Origin: an uncultured Candidatus Bathyarchaeia archaeon
GTDB lineage: Archaea > Thermoproteota > Bathyarchaeia > Bathyarchaeales > Bathycorpusculaceae
Direction of reading: 5' to 3'
Length of the DNA: 64,000 nucleotides
Assembly (NCBI GenBank): GCA_964475545.1
Contig: CAYYXF010000001.1
Location: 9,107-73,106, forward strand
Positions 7,907 through 15,721 of the stretch are shown piece by piece. A program made the translations under genes and the position numbers. The notes beneath the pieces were generated by a model that worked only from the letters and a program-made list of their open reading frames with translations, was not told the origin of the DNA and made no database searches. Within the stretch, counting starts at the first letter, position 1, and the number at the start of each line of letters is the position of its first letter.

Positions 7907-9490
7907 TTGGAGAGTTGTTCACCTTTGAGCACACCTGAGAAACTGCGGAAAGCCGTTGAGCTAACCATTGCCGCAGGATACCAGCTAGACCAGGAGGCAT
8001 TTGGATTCTTAACCATAATAGCCGCAACGTCAGACCCGAGTGAAGTAATGAGCGAAGCGATAAAAAAGATGGAAAGCTTAAGCGAGAAACCGCCATTCAT
8101 TGAAAGAGGCTTCTTGGAGCAATTGCTAGAAAAAGCGAAATCAGCAGAAGAAATAGTGGATATCGCGCCAGAAGAACGAACTCCAGAACTGCCCGAGTCA
8201 CAGACAAAACAGTTGACAGAGGGGAAGACGTACTTCCACTCCTACGCAAAGGAAGTCGAGGCAGACATTACCATAATCGAAGATCCTAGCACCAAACTGC
8301 ACACAAGCGGCACTGTCGACGATTTTCTGGCCTATTTCCGAGATCGCTTTAAGCGAACAGAGAAGATGCTGCGACAAAGGATAGACGTCAAAAGCGCTTC
8401 ATCAGTCTTAGACGCTCTTAAGGCTGCGCCCAAGACGAAGATGAAGATTATTGGCATGGTAACTGAGAAGAGAGAATCGAAACAGCGGACTATCCTATCT
8501 GTTGAGGATTTGCAGGCCAATATCACGGTGCTCGTGCCGCAGAACGCCTCTGAAGAGCTAAGGAAAAAGGCACAACTTCTCTTGCTTGATCAAATAGTCT
8601 GCCTAAGCGTTGTCAAGACAAGAAGCAACCTCCTGGTTGCTGACGACATAATCTTGCCTGAAGTAGGTCAAAAACAGCCCCACAAGGCCCCGATTCCAGT
8701 CTACGCTGTGTTAACTTCAGACATGCATGTTGGCAGTACACAGTTCCAAAGAGAATCGTTCAACCGTTTCATTTTATGGCTGAACGGCAAATACGGAAAC
8801 GACCAGATGAAGGAAATCGCAAGCCATGTCAAGTACGTTCTGATTGCTGGCGACATAGTCGATGGTGTAGGAATCTACCCCAATCAGGTCAAGGAATTGG
8901 CAATCAGAGACGTATATAGGCAATATCGGGTAGCTGCAAAATATATGGAACAAATCCCTGACTACATACAGGTAGTGGTCATACCAGGAAATCACGACGC
9001 ACCAAGAAAAGCCTTGCCTCAGCCTGCGATTTCAAATGAGTATTTGGAGACTCTTCAAGAGTCAAGAGCTGTTTGCTCTCTTGGCAACCCTTGTTATCTC
9101 AGTTTGCACGGTGTAGAAGTGCTGATGTATCACGGGCGTAGCTTGGACGACGTGATCTCCACAGTCCCAGACATGAATCATAACAACCCGGAGAAAGCAA
9201 TGCGTCTGCTTTTGCAGAGCCGCCATTTAGCGCCAATTTACGGTGCGAAGACCACGCTGTCACCGGAGAGCAGAGATTTCCTTGTCATAGAGCGCGTACC
9301 AGACATATTTCACGCCGGCCACATCCATGCGCTAGGCTACTGCAATTACCGTGGGGTTTTGGTTGTAAATTCAGGCGGTTGGCAAGCACAGACAGGTTAC
9401 ATGCAGAGACTCGGGTTTATGCCGACTCCTGGGAAGGTGCCAGTTGTGAACCTTCAAACGTTGGAATCCATGGTAGTTTCGTTCTCCTAG
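7907..9490 (+). CDS. polB: DNA polymerase II (PolD) small subunit DP1
   Basis: 527-aa ORF (TTG start as called). It carries the calcineurin-like phosphoesterase motifs DMHVGS, GDIVDGVG, IPGNHD and AGHIHA, plus the OB-fold region typical of DP1. Confidence 0.9.
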   Translation: MESCSPLSTPEKLRKAVELTIAAGYQLDQEAFGFLTIIAATSDPSEVMSEAIKKMESLSEKPPFIERGFLEQLLEKAKSAEEIVDIAPEERTPELPESQTKQLTEGKTYFHSYAKEVEADITIIEDPSTKLHTSGTVDDFLAYFRDRFKRTEKMLRQRIDVKSASSVLDALKAAPKTKMKIIGMVTEKRESKQRTILSVEDLQANITVLVPQNASEELRKKAQLLLLDQIVCLSVVKTRSNLLVADDIILPEVGQKQPHKAPIPVYAVLTSDMHVGSTQFQRESFNRFILWLNGKYGNDQMKEIASHVKYVLIAGDIVDGVGIYPNQVKELAIRDVYRQYRVAAKYMEQIPDYIQVVVIPGNHDAPRKALPQPAISNEYLETLQESRAVCSLGNPCYLSLHGVEVLMYHGRSLDDVISTVPDMNHNNPEKAMRLLLQSRHLAPIYGAKTTLSPESRDFLVIERVPDIFHAGHIHALGYCNYRGVLVVNSGGWQAQTGYMQRLGFMPTPGKVPVVNLQTLESMVVSFS

Positions 9491-9543
9491 AATAACGTGT
9501 ATTGAACCGCACCCCTACGAGGATCTCGATTCCGGAGACACCC

Positions 9544-10794
9544 TCAGCTTCCACCGCCCCTGTGCTTTGAAAGGCATTTGGGCTCGTAGTCAACCAAACG
9601 TCCAAGCCTGTTATCACTGGCGAAAACGTTCTTGATGAGACTACGCGCTATTTCAAGTCTTATCTTCTTTGTGCGACCGTACCTCCCCATACTTATGACT
9701 TTCGCATTTAATAGGCCCATGGAGTCAAGCTCATTCACTAGCGAGCTTAGCCTTCGCTGGGTCAAGGGGGTCACCCCCATCTCTGCACATAGTTCATTGT
9801 AAACCTCGTAAATTTCGCCTGTAATTGCCCTAAGCACGTCAGCCTTGTTCAAGTGGTAGACACTTAGGACGACAAGTTTGGAATGCAAAGTCAAATTCTT
9901 CAGGGCTTCAATTACGCGGTTATGTTCAATGTGCTTCTCAGCCTCTCGAACGTGATCTTCGAGCACGACGCTTGCGCCTGATCGCTCCGCAACCTCGCCT
10001 GCAACTCGAAGAAGATCCAAAGCTCGCCGCGCATCCCCATGTTCAGCTGCAGCCAAGGCGGAACAGAGGCTCAGCGCTGACTCAGACAGCGCACCTTCAC
10101 AGAAAGCTGAAGTCGCACGCTCAAAAAGAATATTCCTTAGCTCACTGGCATCATAAGGCCTGAAAACCATCTCCTCTTCGCTGAGAGAACTCAGAACGCG
10201 AGGATCCAAAAACTCCTTCAACCGGAGATCGTTAGATATACCAATTAGGGAAACCTTACTGCTGGATAGAGTTTCATTTACCCTTGTCAATTCATAAAGA
10301 ACACCATCGCCTCGGATCTTTATCAACGCATCAGCTTCGTCCAAAGCTATTATGAATATAACCCTCGACACGTCCAGACCCGCCCTGAAACGATCAAACA
10401 ACTCTCCCACTGAGAGTCCCGTGAAGGGGACTGAAAGGCCTACACTCTGACATAAGCTAGCGAAGATCCGATATTCTGATCCAACCATCCGGCAGTTCAC
10501 ATAACAGAACTTGACCGGCGCGCTGAACTCCTTTGCTTTGGTCTCGAGATGACTCAGCACATATTTCGCTACTGCCGTCTTGCCAGTCCCAGTCTTCCCA
10601 TAGATGAAGACGTTGGAGCTGCGAGCACCCTTCAAAGCCGGAGCCACCGTCTCGCCAAGCTGTCTGATTTGCTCTTCCCTGTGAGGCAACCTGTCAGGCA
10701 AATAGTCATCTCGTAGGACCTCCCTATCCTTGAATATCTTTGCATTGTTGACGAATTTTTCGAACACGACATCAAGTATGTTAGGTTCAGGCAT
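9544..10794 (-). CDS. cdc6: Orc1/Cdc6 replication initiator
   Basis: AAA+ Walker A (GKTGTGKT), Walker B (IIALDEAD), sensor regions and a C-terminal winged helix. The ORF track starts at GTG 10827. The ATG at 10794 gives a 416-aa protein of typical length. It lies directly next to ORB repeats. Confidence 0.9.
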   Translation of the reverse strand: MPEPNILDVVFEKFVNNAKIFKDREVLRDDYLPDRLPHREEQIRQLGETVAPALKGARSSNVFIYGKTGTGKTAVAKYVLSHLETKAKEFSAPVKFCYVNCRMVGSEYRIFASLCQSVGLSVPFTGLSVGELFDRFRAGLDVSRVIFIIALDEADALIKIRGDGVLYELTRVNETLSSSKVSLIGISNDLRLKEFLDPRVLSSLSEEEMVFRPYDASELRNILFERATSAFCEGALSESALSLCSALAAAEHGDARRALDLLRVAGEVAERSGASVVLEDHVREAEKHIEHNRVIEALKNLTLHSKLVVLSVYHLNKADVLRAITGEIYEVYNELCAEMGVTPLTQRRLSSLVNELDSMGLLNAKVISMGRYGRTKKIRLEIARSLIKNVFASDNRLGRLVDYEPKCLSKHRGGGS

Positions 10795-10940
10795 ACATTT
10801 TCCCTCAGCAAGCTCCAGAGGTAGCACCTCTCTTTCCAGTTGAAGACATAAGCTCTGTCGTACAGAAAAATGGATGTACCCTACAAGAATCCTAAAACAG
10901 AAGCAGCTTGAACGTAGACTAAATCACCTGACATGACTGC

Positions 10941-10965
10941 CACACCCCAGAATTTCCTGTGGAAC
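10941..10965 (-). repeat. ORB-like origin recognition box 1
   Basis: The reverse complement reads GTTCCACAGGAAATTCTGGGGTGTG. It is 20/25 identical to ORB-2 and in inverted orientation. Confidence 0.75.
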
Positions 10966-11124
10966 TCTTTATTCCTTTGAGAAGTAATGTTGATTTCTTC
11001 TTCGTAGAAGAAAATACTCTGAACGGTAAGTATACAAAAATGACTATATTGCTTACTGTTGAACAAATTAAACATACACTACAAAGTTTCACATTACTAG
11101 TGCACTGAGTTTGCAGGCCTGAAT

Positions 11125-11149
11125 GTTCCAGTGGAAATCATGGGGTGTC
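11125..11149 (+). repeat. ORB-like origin recognition box 2
   Basis: GTTCCAGTGGAAATCATGGGGTGTC. It contains the classic archaeal ORB core TCCAGTGGAAA followed by a G-string. Confidence 0.75.
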
Positions 11150-11390
11150 TCGCTAGCAGTTCATCCTTTTTTCAAATATCCTCAGCACCGCCTGCATCCT
11201 GTACTTGTTAGTACACTTTCATCGCTAGCTACCTTCGCTTATTTGGCTCGCAGTTTGATAGATTCTCCCCCATATTTTTAGCGCACGCGTGTTCACTTTT
11301 TGAGAAGACCTTGTGAAATTAGCTTGATACTGTTTGATTTTCAGCCCTCGTTTCCAAATTATTTACTGCTTTATGCCTGTTTTATGTGAA

Positions 11391-11418
11391 CTAGACACCC
11401 CTGCGTTTCTACTGGAGA
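11391..11418 (-). repeat. ORB-like origin recognition box 3
   Basis: The reverse complement reads TCTCCAGTAGAAACGCAGGGGTGTCTAG, with the same TCCAGTnGAAA..GGGGTGTC architecture as ORB-2. Confidence 0.65.
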
Positions 11419-11612
11419 TCAGCTTATTTCCTTCAGTCCTTTCCGGTTCTGTCTTTCAGACAGCTGTGAAGCGTGTGTTGCATAACAGACTGCAATTTAT
11501 CCTTCTTTTCAGATTTCCTCCCTGAAAAGCGTCCTCTAGCCAGGCGCCGTTTCACCATAACAGCTATAACCTGTGAACTGTAGACTTGTGAACACCCAAG
11601 CGTGTTTCGCCA

Positions 11613-12044
11613 ATGCCTACGAGAAAGATGCGCGTCGAACTATTCGATAATGATGGCAATCGGTATACGATAGCGTTCGAAGGGCAAGTGACTAGAGAGA
11701 AAGCAGTACGGCTACTAGATTTGGTTGAACTCCTCGGTGGAATGCCTAATGAAGGAGGCAACGCTGAACCAAACCTGAATGTTCTTGGTAATGGACTCTC
11801 AAAATATGGCAGGGTTCGAGCGGTTCTCCAAAGGAGCTTTCCTCTCATTTGGTTCTGTTCAAAAGAGGTTCAAAATGCTTATGAGCAGGAATTCAAGGAG
11901 CCAATAACACTGAGCACTGTGGCTACGTACCTCTCAAGGCTGGCGACGAAAGGAGCGCTGATGAAGGCCGGGGCTCTTAACAGCCTAAAGTACAGGCTCG
12001 TGCAAAGCCCTCCAAAGGCCCAAGTTAAGCAATCAATACACTGA
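11613..12044 (+). CDS. Hypothetical protein with a C-terminal winged-helix-like domain
   Basis: 143-aa ORF immediately right of the origin. The C-terminal half (ITLSTVATYLSRLATKGALMKAG..LKYRL) looks like a wHTH recognition helix plus wing. Confidence 0.5.
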   Translation: MPTRKMRVELFDNDGNRYTIAFEGQVTREKAVRLLDLVELLGGMPNEGGNAEPNLNVLGNGLSKYGRVRAVLQRSFPLIWFCSKEVQNAYEQEFKEPITLSTVATYLSRLATKGALMKAGALNSLKYRLVQSPPKAQVKQSIH

Positions 12045-12070
12045 TTGGAAGAAACAAGCTCGCGCAGCGT

Positions 12071-12784
12071 CTAAGCTGCTGCACTTTCGGTCTTCTTCAA
12101 AAGTGCTTCCATCTCTTTCTTAACAGTATACTTGAATGGAATTTTGCTAGTATCCCTCTCTAAGTAGCCACCCTCGTAAAGCTTCTTCATCAGCCTTGCC
12201 GTGTGCTCGCGACTGAGTTTCACGCGATCCTTGATCTCAGGGGCCGTCTTCGGGCCCTCAGACGCCAACATTTCAAGAACAGACAATTCGGTCTCAGTTA
12301 GGGGTGCTAGAGCCTTGTCCCTCTTAAATGGAATCGCAGCCTCAACGTTGGCTTCAGGGATGACGGAGAGTTGCTTGACCTGTTCGTCCAAACCGGAGAT
12401 TCTTGCTGCAAAATTTGATTGTGAATTGATGACTTCCCGGACATTTTTGCCAAATTCCTCCAATCTTGACAGCATGCTGTCCTTATCTTGTAGGGCGGTG
12501 GAAACTCTGGCATCCATGGTTTGTGTAGCCTTTTGCACATCTTCCATCTTCTTCAAGGTTCCGTCAACCTTGGAAGAAAGGGCTTCCACTTTGAAAGCAG
12601 TAGCGTCAATTTTCTCGGCTTCGCGCTGCAATTGTCTACTATAACTCAATACAATGTCTTCTACAGCCTCTCTTGCCTTTTCGTATTCTCTTTGGGCCTT
12701 GCGGAGGATCCTATAATACCTGATCGCAGCACCTGCTGTCACAACAATCAAGAAGCTCATAAGAACCGTCAGCATATCTATCAC
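12071..12784 (-). CDS. Membrane-anchored coiled-coil protein with a C-terminal MarR-like wHTH
   Basis: 237-aa ORF. It has an N-terminal TM (LTVLMSFLIVVTAGAAI), ~130 aa of heptad-rich coiled coil, then LTETELSVLEMLASEGPKTAPEIKDRVKLSREHTARLMKKLYEGGYLER (wHTH). Confidence 0.6.
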   Translation of the reverse strand: MIDMLTVLMSFLIVVTAGAAIRYYRILRKAQREYEKAREAVEDIVLSYSRQLQREAEKIDATAFKVEALSSKVDGTLKKMEDVQKATQTMDARVSTALQDKDSMLSRLEEFGKNVREVINSQSNFAARISGLDEQVKQLSVIPEANVEAAIPFKRDKALAPLTETELSVLEMLASEGPKTAPEIKDRVKLSREHTARLMKKLYEGGYLERDTSKIPFKYTVKKEMEALLKKTESAAA

Positions 12785-12832
12785 GTGATTTCCCTCCGTG
12801 ATCTAAGTGTGATTACAGGCAACTCCATCACG

Positions 12833-12849
12833 TTGCGTCACACATCACA
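12833..12849 (+). repeat. 17-mer repeat copy C (TTGCGTCACACATCACA)
   Basis: It shares GTCACACATCACA exactly with copy A. It lies 17-33 nt downstream (minus sense) of a TTAAAT TATA-like element (12865-12870), at the expected TSS of the 12071-12784 gene. Confidence 0.5.
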
Positions 12850-12904
12850 CTCATTCCATACGAGATTTAAGTCTTATGGTGTTTTTGCCTGGCTGATGGT
12901 CGCA

Positions 12905-12921
12905 TGACGTCACACATCACA
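12905..12921 (+). repeat. 17-mer repeat copy A (TGACGTCACACATCACA)
   Basis: It contains the palindrome TGACGTCA fused to CACATCACA. It forms an inverted repeat with copy B (16/17 identity). Confidence 0.5.
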
Positions 12922-13063
12922 ATGGGGTCGCCGGCGGGCTCTCTTCGGTGATAAGGAATTGCTGTGCGATAACTGCCCTTTTTCTCGTCCTTTTTGGTTT
13001 TCGGGCTTGTCCGAAGCTTTTTTCTCTGTCCGTTTCTTTCGGTGTGTTTTGTTGGGCGTAGCT

Positions 13064-13080
13064 TGTGATTTGTGACGTCA
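13064..13080 (-). repeat. 17-mer repeat copy B (reverse complement TGACGTCACAAATCACA)
   Basis: Inverted copy of A with one mismatch. It overlaps the stop codon of the 13078-13557 gene. Confidence 0.5.
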
Positions 13081-13557
13081 CGGGGACCTTTTTGATGGAC
13101 TGGAGAGCTGTTTTAGGCTCATTTCTAGCTGTTCCCTGACCATTTCTATAACTTTTAGGTGACTTCCAAGCTCCTCACCCTTGTCAGGTAGGTGCTTGTA
13201 TGCTTCGAGGTATGTGTGGAGTTTGTTTGCTATCTCAAGGTAGGGGTCAAGAGCCGTGTCTTCAAACACTCCCAAGTAGCCCAAGAGTAGTATAGTATAG
13301 ATGGACTTTATGACATTCTCTTTGGCCTGTGCCAGAGTCCTGTTAAAGGCTCCGCGGCTTATTTTGGCCTTTGTTAGCCTCAATTGGGCCTTTTCGTCGT
13401 ATTTCAGCTGTTTCCCAGTGATGCTCTCGGCCAAAATGTCAATGAGCAGGGTTTCGAGCTGTGTCTTCGTTAAGTGGCTGTTTTTGGCCAGTATATTAGT
13501 TATGGGGTCGTTTAGGGAGCTATTTATCCACAGTTGGATGTCTTCTTTAAGCTTCAT
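13078..13557 (-). CDS. Hypothetical protein, possible Tfx/sigma-70-region-4-like HTH
   Basis: 159-aa ORF. The segment LTKTQLETLL...ISRGAFNRTLAQAKENVIKSIYTI resembles the LTxRQ..vL...SRanVs..e..AreNI.kA..T pattern of Tfx/LuxR-type HTH proteins. The similarity is weak. Confidence 0.4.
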   Translation of the reverse strand: MKLKEDIQLWINSSLNDPITNILAKNSHLTKTQLETLLIDILAESITGKQLKYDEKAQLRLTKAKISRGAFNRTLAQAKENVIKSIYTILLLGYLGVFEDTALDPYLEIANKLHTYLEAYKHLPDKGEELGSHLKVIEMVREQLEMSLKQLSSPSKRSP

Positions 13558-13690
13558 TATTGGTGTCCGTCCGCCCTTTGGAAAGGATACAGTTTCGTAT
13601 ACCTGCTCTGCTTTTAAATCTGTCGCGTTTTGGTGATTTGCACGCCAGCGTTCCTTTCACAAGCATTTTATCTCCTAATAGAGAACGCAT

Positions 13691-14878
13691 ATGGAGGAGT
13701 GCACATTGCCTTCGGGGTTTGAGCCCGCAGACCGCCTGAAACGCTTGAAATCGTCTGGAATACGCCGCTTTTTCAGTTCGGCGAAGAAAATGCCTGACAC
13801 TGTCAATTTAAGCGTTGGAGAGTCGGACTTTTGTCCCCCAGAGTATGTGGTTGACGCGAGTGCTCGAGCCGGAGGTGAGGGGAAGATGCATTACGAACCC
13901 ACCAATGGGTTACCTGAGTTGCGTGAAGCCCTAGCACAGAAGGCGCGTAAGGAGTATGGCTTGGGCTACAATCCGGACAATGAGGTTCTGATCACTGTAG
14001 GTGCCAGTGAGGCGATTTTCGCCACATTATTTGGGATAGTGAACCCAGGCGACGAGGTCCTTGTTCCGGACCCAGGCTTTGTGCTCTATGCACCCTGTGT
14101 GAGGCTGGTAGGCGGTGTCCCAATTTCTGTTCCGTTGCCGGAGGAGCGTGGTTTCAGATTGTGTGCTGATGATGTGATGTCACTAATCACAGATCGATCA
14201 CGTGTGATTATCCTGAACTATCCTAACAATCCCACTGGAGGCGTTCTTACATATGGGGAAGTTGTAGCTCTGGCAAAGGTTGCGGTTGAGCGTGATCTGA
14301 TCGTGATTTCTGATGAGGTTTATGAGAAGTTAGTCTATGATGGTGCTGGGCACCACTGCTTGGCAGTCTTTCCAGGCATGCGAGAGAGAACACTGATTGC
14401 CAATTCATTCTCTAAGACATATGCTATGACTGGCTTGCGAGTTGGATATGCTTATGGTCCCAGTGAGCTCACTTCGGCTCCTTGGCTTGTACACGAATAC
14501 ACTGTTACTTGTGTTAACAGCTTGGCACAGTATGCTGCTTTGGCAGCTTTGAACGGACCTCAGGATTTTGTAAAGGATCTGGTGAGGGAGTTTGGCAGAC
14601 GGCGAAACCGTGTTCACAAGCGGCTCAACGCGATTGGGGGCTTTCGTTGCGCCCTTCCGAAAGGCGCGTTTTACGCGTTCCCAAACATAGAAACGTTTAG
14701 CATGTCGTCGGAGCAATTCTCTGGGTCACTCGTGAAAGATGCTGGAGTCATCACGGTTCCAGGTTCTGCCTTCGGCAGCCACGGCGAAGGCTATGTCCAG
14801 ATTTCCTACGCTGCCGCGTACGAAGTCCTTGAAGAGGCATTGGATCGCATTGAAACTAGGGTCAGGAAATTAGGATGA
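13691..14878 (+). CDS. Class I/II PLP-dependent aminotransferase (aspartate aminotransferase-like)
   Basis: 395-aa ORF with the PLP-lysine motif SFSKTYAMTGLRVGY, an NPTG motif (NYPNNPTGG) and family-typical length. Confidence 0.85.
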   Translation: MEECTLPSGFEPADRLKRLKSSGIRRFFSSAKKMPDTVNLSVGESDFCPPEYVVDASARAGGEGKMHYEPTNGLPELREALAQKARKEYGLGYNPDNEVLITVGASEAIFATLFGIVNPGDEVLVPDPGFVLYAPCVRLVGGVPISVPLPEERGFRLCADDVMSLITDRSRVIILNYPNNPTGGVLTYGEVVALAKVAVERDLIVISDEVYEKLVYDGAGHHCLAVFPGMRERTLIANSFSKTYAMTGLRVGYAYGPSELTSAPWLVHEYTVTCVNSLAQYAALAALNGPQDFVKDLVREFGRRRNRVHKRLNAIGGFRCALPKGAFYAFPNIETFSMSSEQFSGSLVKDAGVITVPGSAFGSHGEGYVQISYAAAYEVLEEALDRIETRVRKLG

Positions 14879-14884
14879 TGCCTT

Positions 14885-15718
14885 CTAGAGTTCTTCCGCG
14901 GCTTCCTTCAGCTTGTCGAATAATTCAGGACGTAAATCTCTCAATGTGGGGACGAACGTCTCAACAGGTGTGATATCGGCGTAGTCAATGTTACCCGTGA
15001 CTAGGTCCTCCTCGTCATACTTTGCCTTGACAAGGATTTTTCCTTGGGGTCCAACCAGTCTGCTCCCTCCCCAGAACTGCAAACCATCTTCAATTCCCAC
15101 GAGGTTCACATAAGCAAGAAAAGCGGTGTTTTCTAGGGCCCGTGCCACCGTTAAGGTTTCAAAGAAGGCTCGTCTGACTCCTGGAGACGCTGAAATGCAA
15201 ACGATAAGCTGGGCTCCCTTCAGCCGTGTAAGTCTGGTTACTTCTGGAAAGAAGATGTCATAGCATATGATTAAACCTATTTTCCCAAGCTTCGTGTTGA
15301 AAACTGCTGCCTCATAGCCGGGTCGGAAATACCTTTTCTCCTCGAAGACACTGTGGGTTGGCAAATACATTTTTCGATATTTCCCGATGAAGCCTTGGGG
15401 GCCCACGAGGACAGCCGTGTTGTGTATTGTGGCTTGAGTTCTGTTGCTTAGCTCCGGCATGCCGAATACAATGTGCATTCTTGTTTTCTTCGCGATGGTG
15501 GCTAGAATGTTGGTTGATGGTCCTGGCACTGTTTCTGCAAGCTCGTAGATTTGATCTCTGACAACGTACCCTGTCAATGAAAGTTCCGGAAATATGACGA
15601 TGTCTGCGGATTGCATTTTGGCCTCAGTCAATGTCTTCTCCATCTTCTTCAGATTCTCGGCTTTGTCCCCTGCTTTGCAGCATATTTGTGCTAGGCATAT
15701 CTTGAATTGCTCTTTCAA
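14885..15718 (-). CDS. Carbon-nitrogen hydrolase (nitrilase superfamily); likely glutaminase partner of NadE
   Basis: 277-aa ORF with the catalytic triad context FPELSLTGY (Glu), YRKMYLP (Lys) and LIICYDIFFPE (Cys). It starts 4 nt after the nadE stop on the same strand. Confidence 0.8.
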   Translation of the reverse strand: MKEQFKICLAQICCKAGDKAENLKKMEKTLTEAKMQSADIVIFPELSLTGYVVRDQIYELAETVPGPSTNILATIAKKTRMHIVFGMPELSNRTQATIHNTAVLVGPQGFIGKYRKMYLPTHSVFEEKRYFRPGYEAAVFNTKLGKIGLIICYDIFFPEVTRLTRLKGAQLIVCISASPGVRRAFFETLTVARALENTAFLAYVNLVGIEDGLQFWGGSRLVGPQGKILVKAKYDEEDLVTGNIDYADITPVETFVPTLRDLRPELFDKLKEAAEEL

Positions 15719-15721
15719 TTG

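Larger units (their letters stand above)
10834..11418. other. Chromosomal replication origin (oriC) candidate
   Basis: This is a non-coding stretch between cdc6 and the next gene. It contains three ORB-like repeats (consensus TCCAnnnGAAAnnnnGGGGTGT). Two of them are inverted and flank a 159-bp segment of roughly 68% A+T (hand count, 10966-11124). A mini-ORB-like TTCCAGTTGAAGA lies at 10834-10846. Confidence 0.75.
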
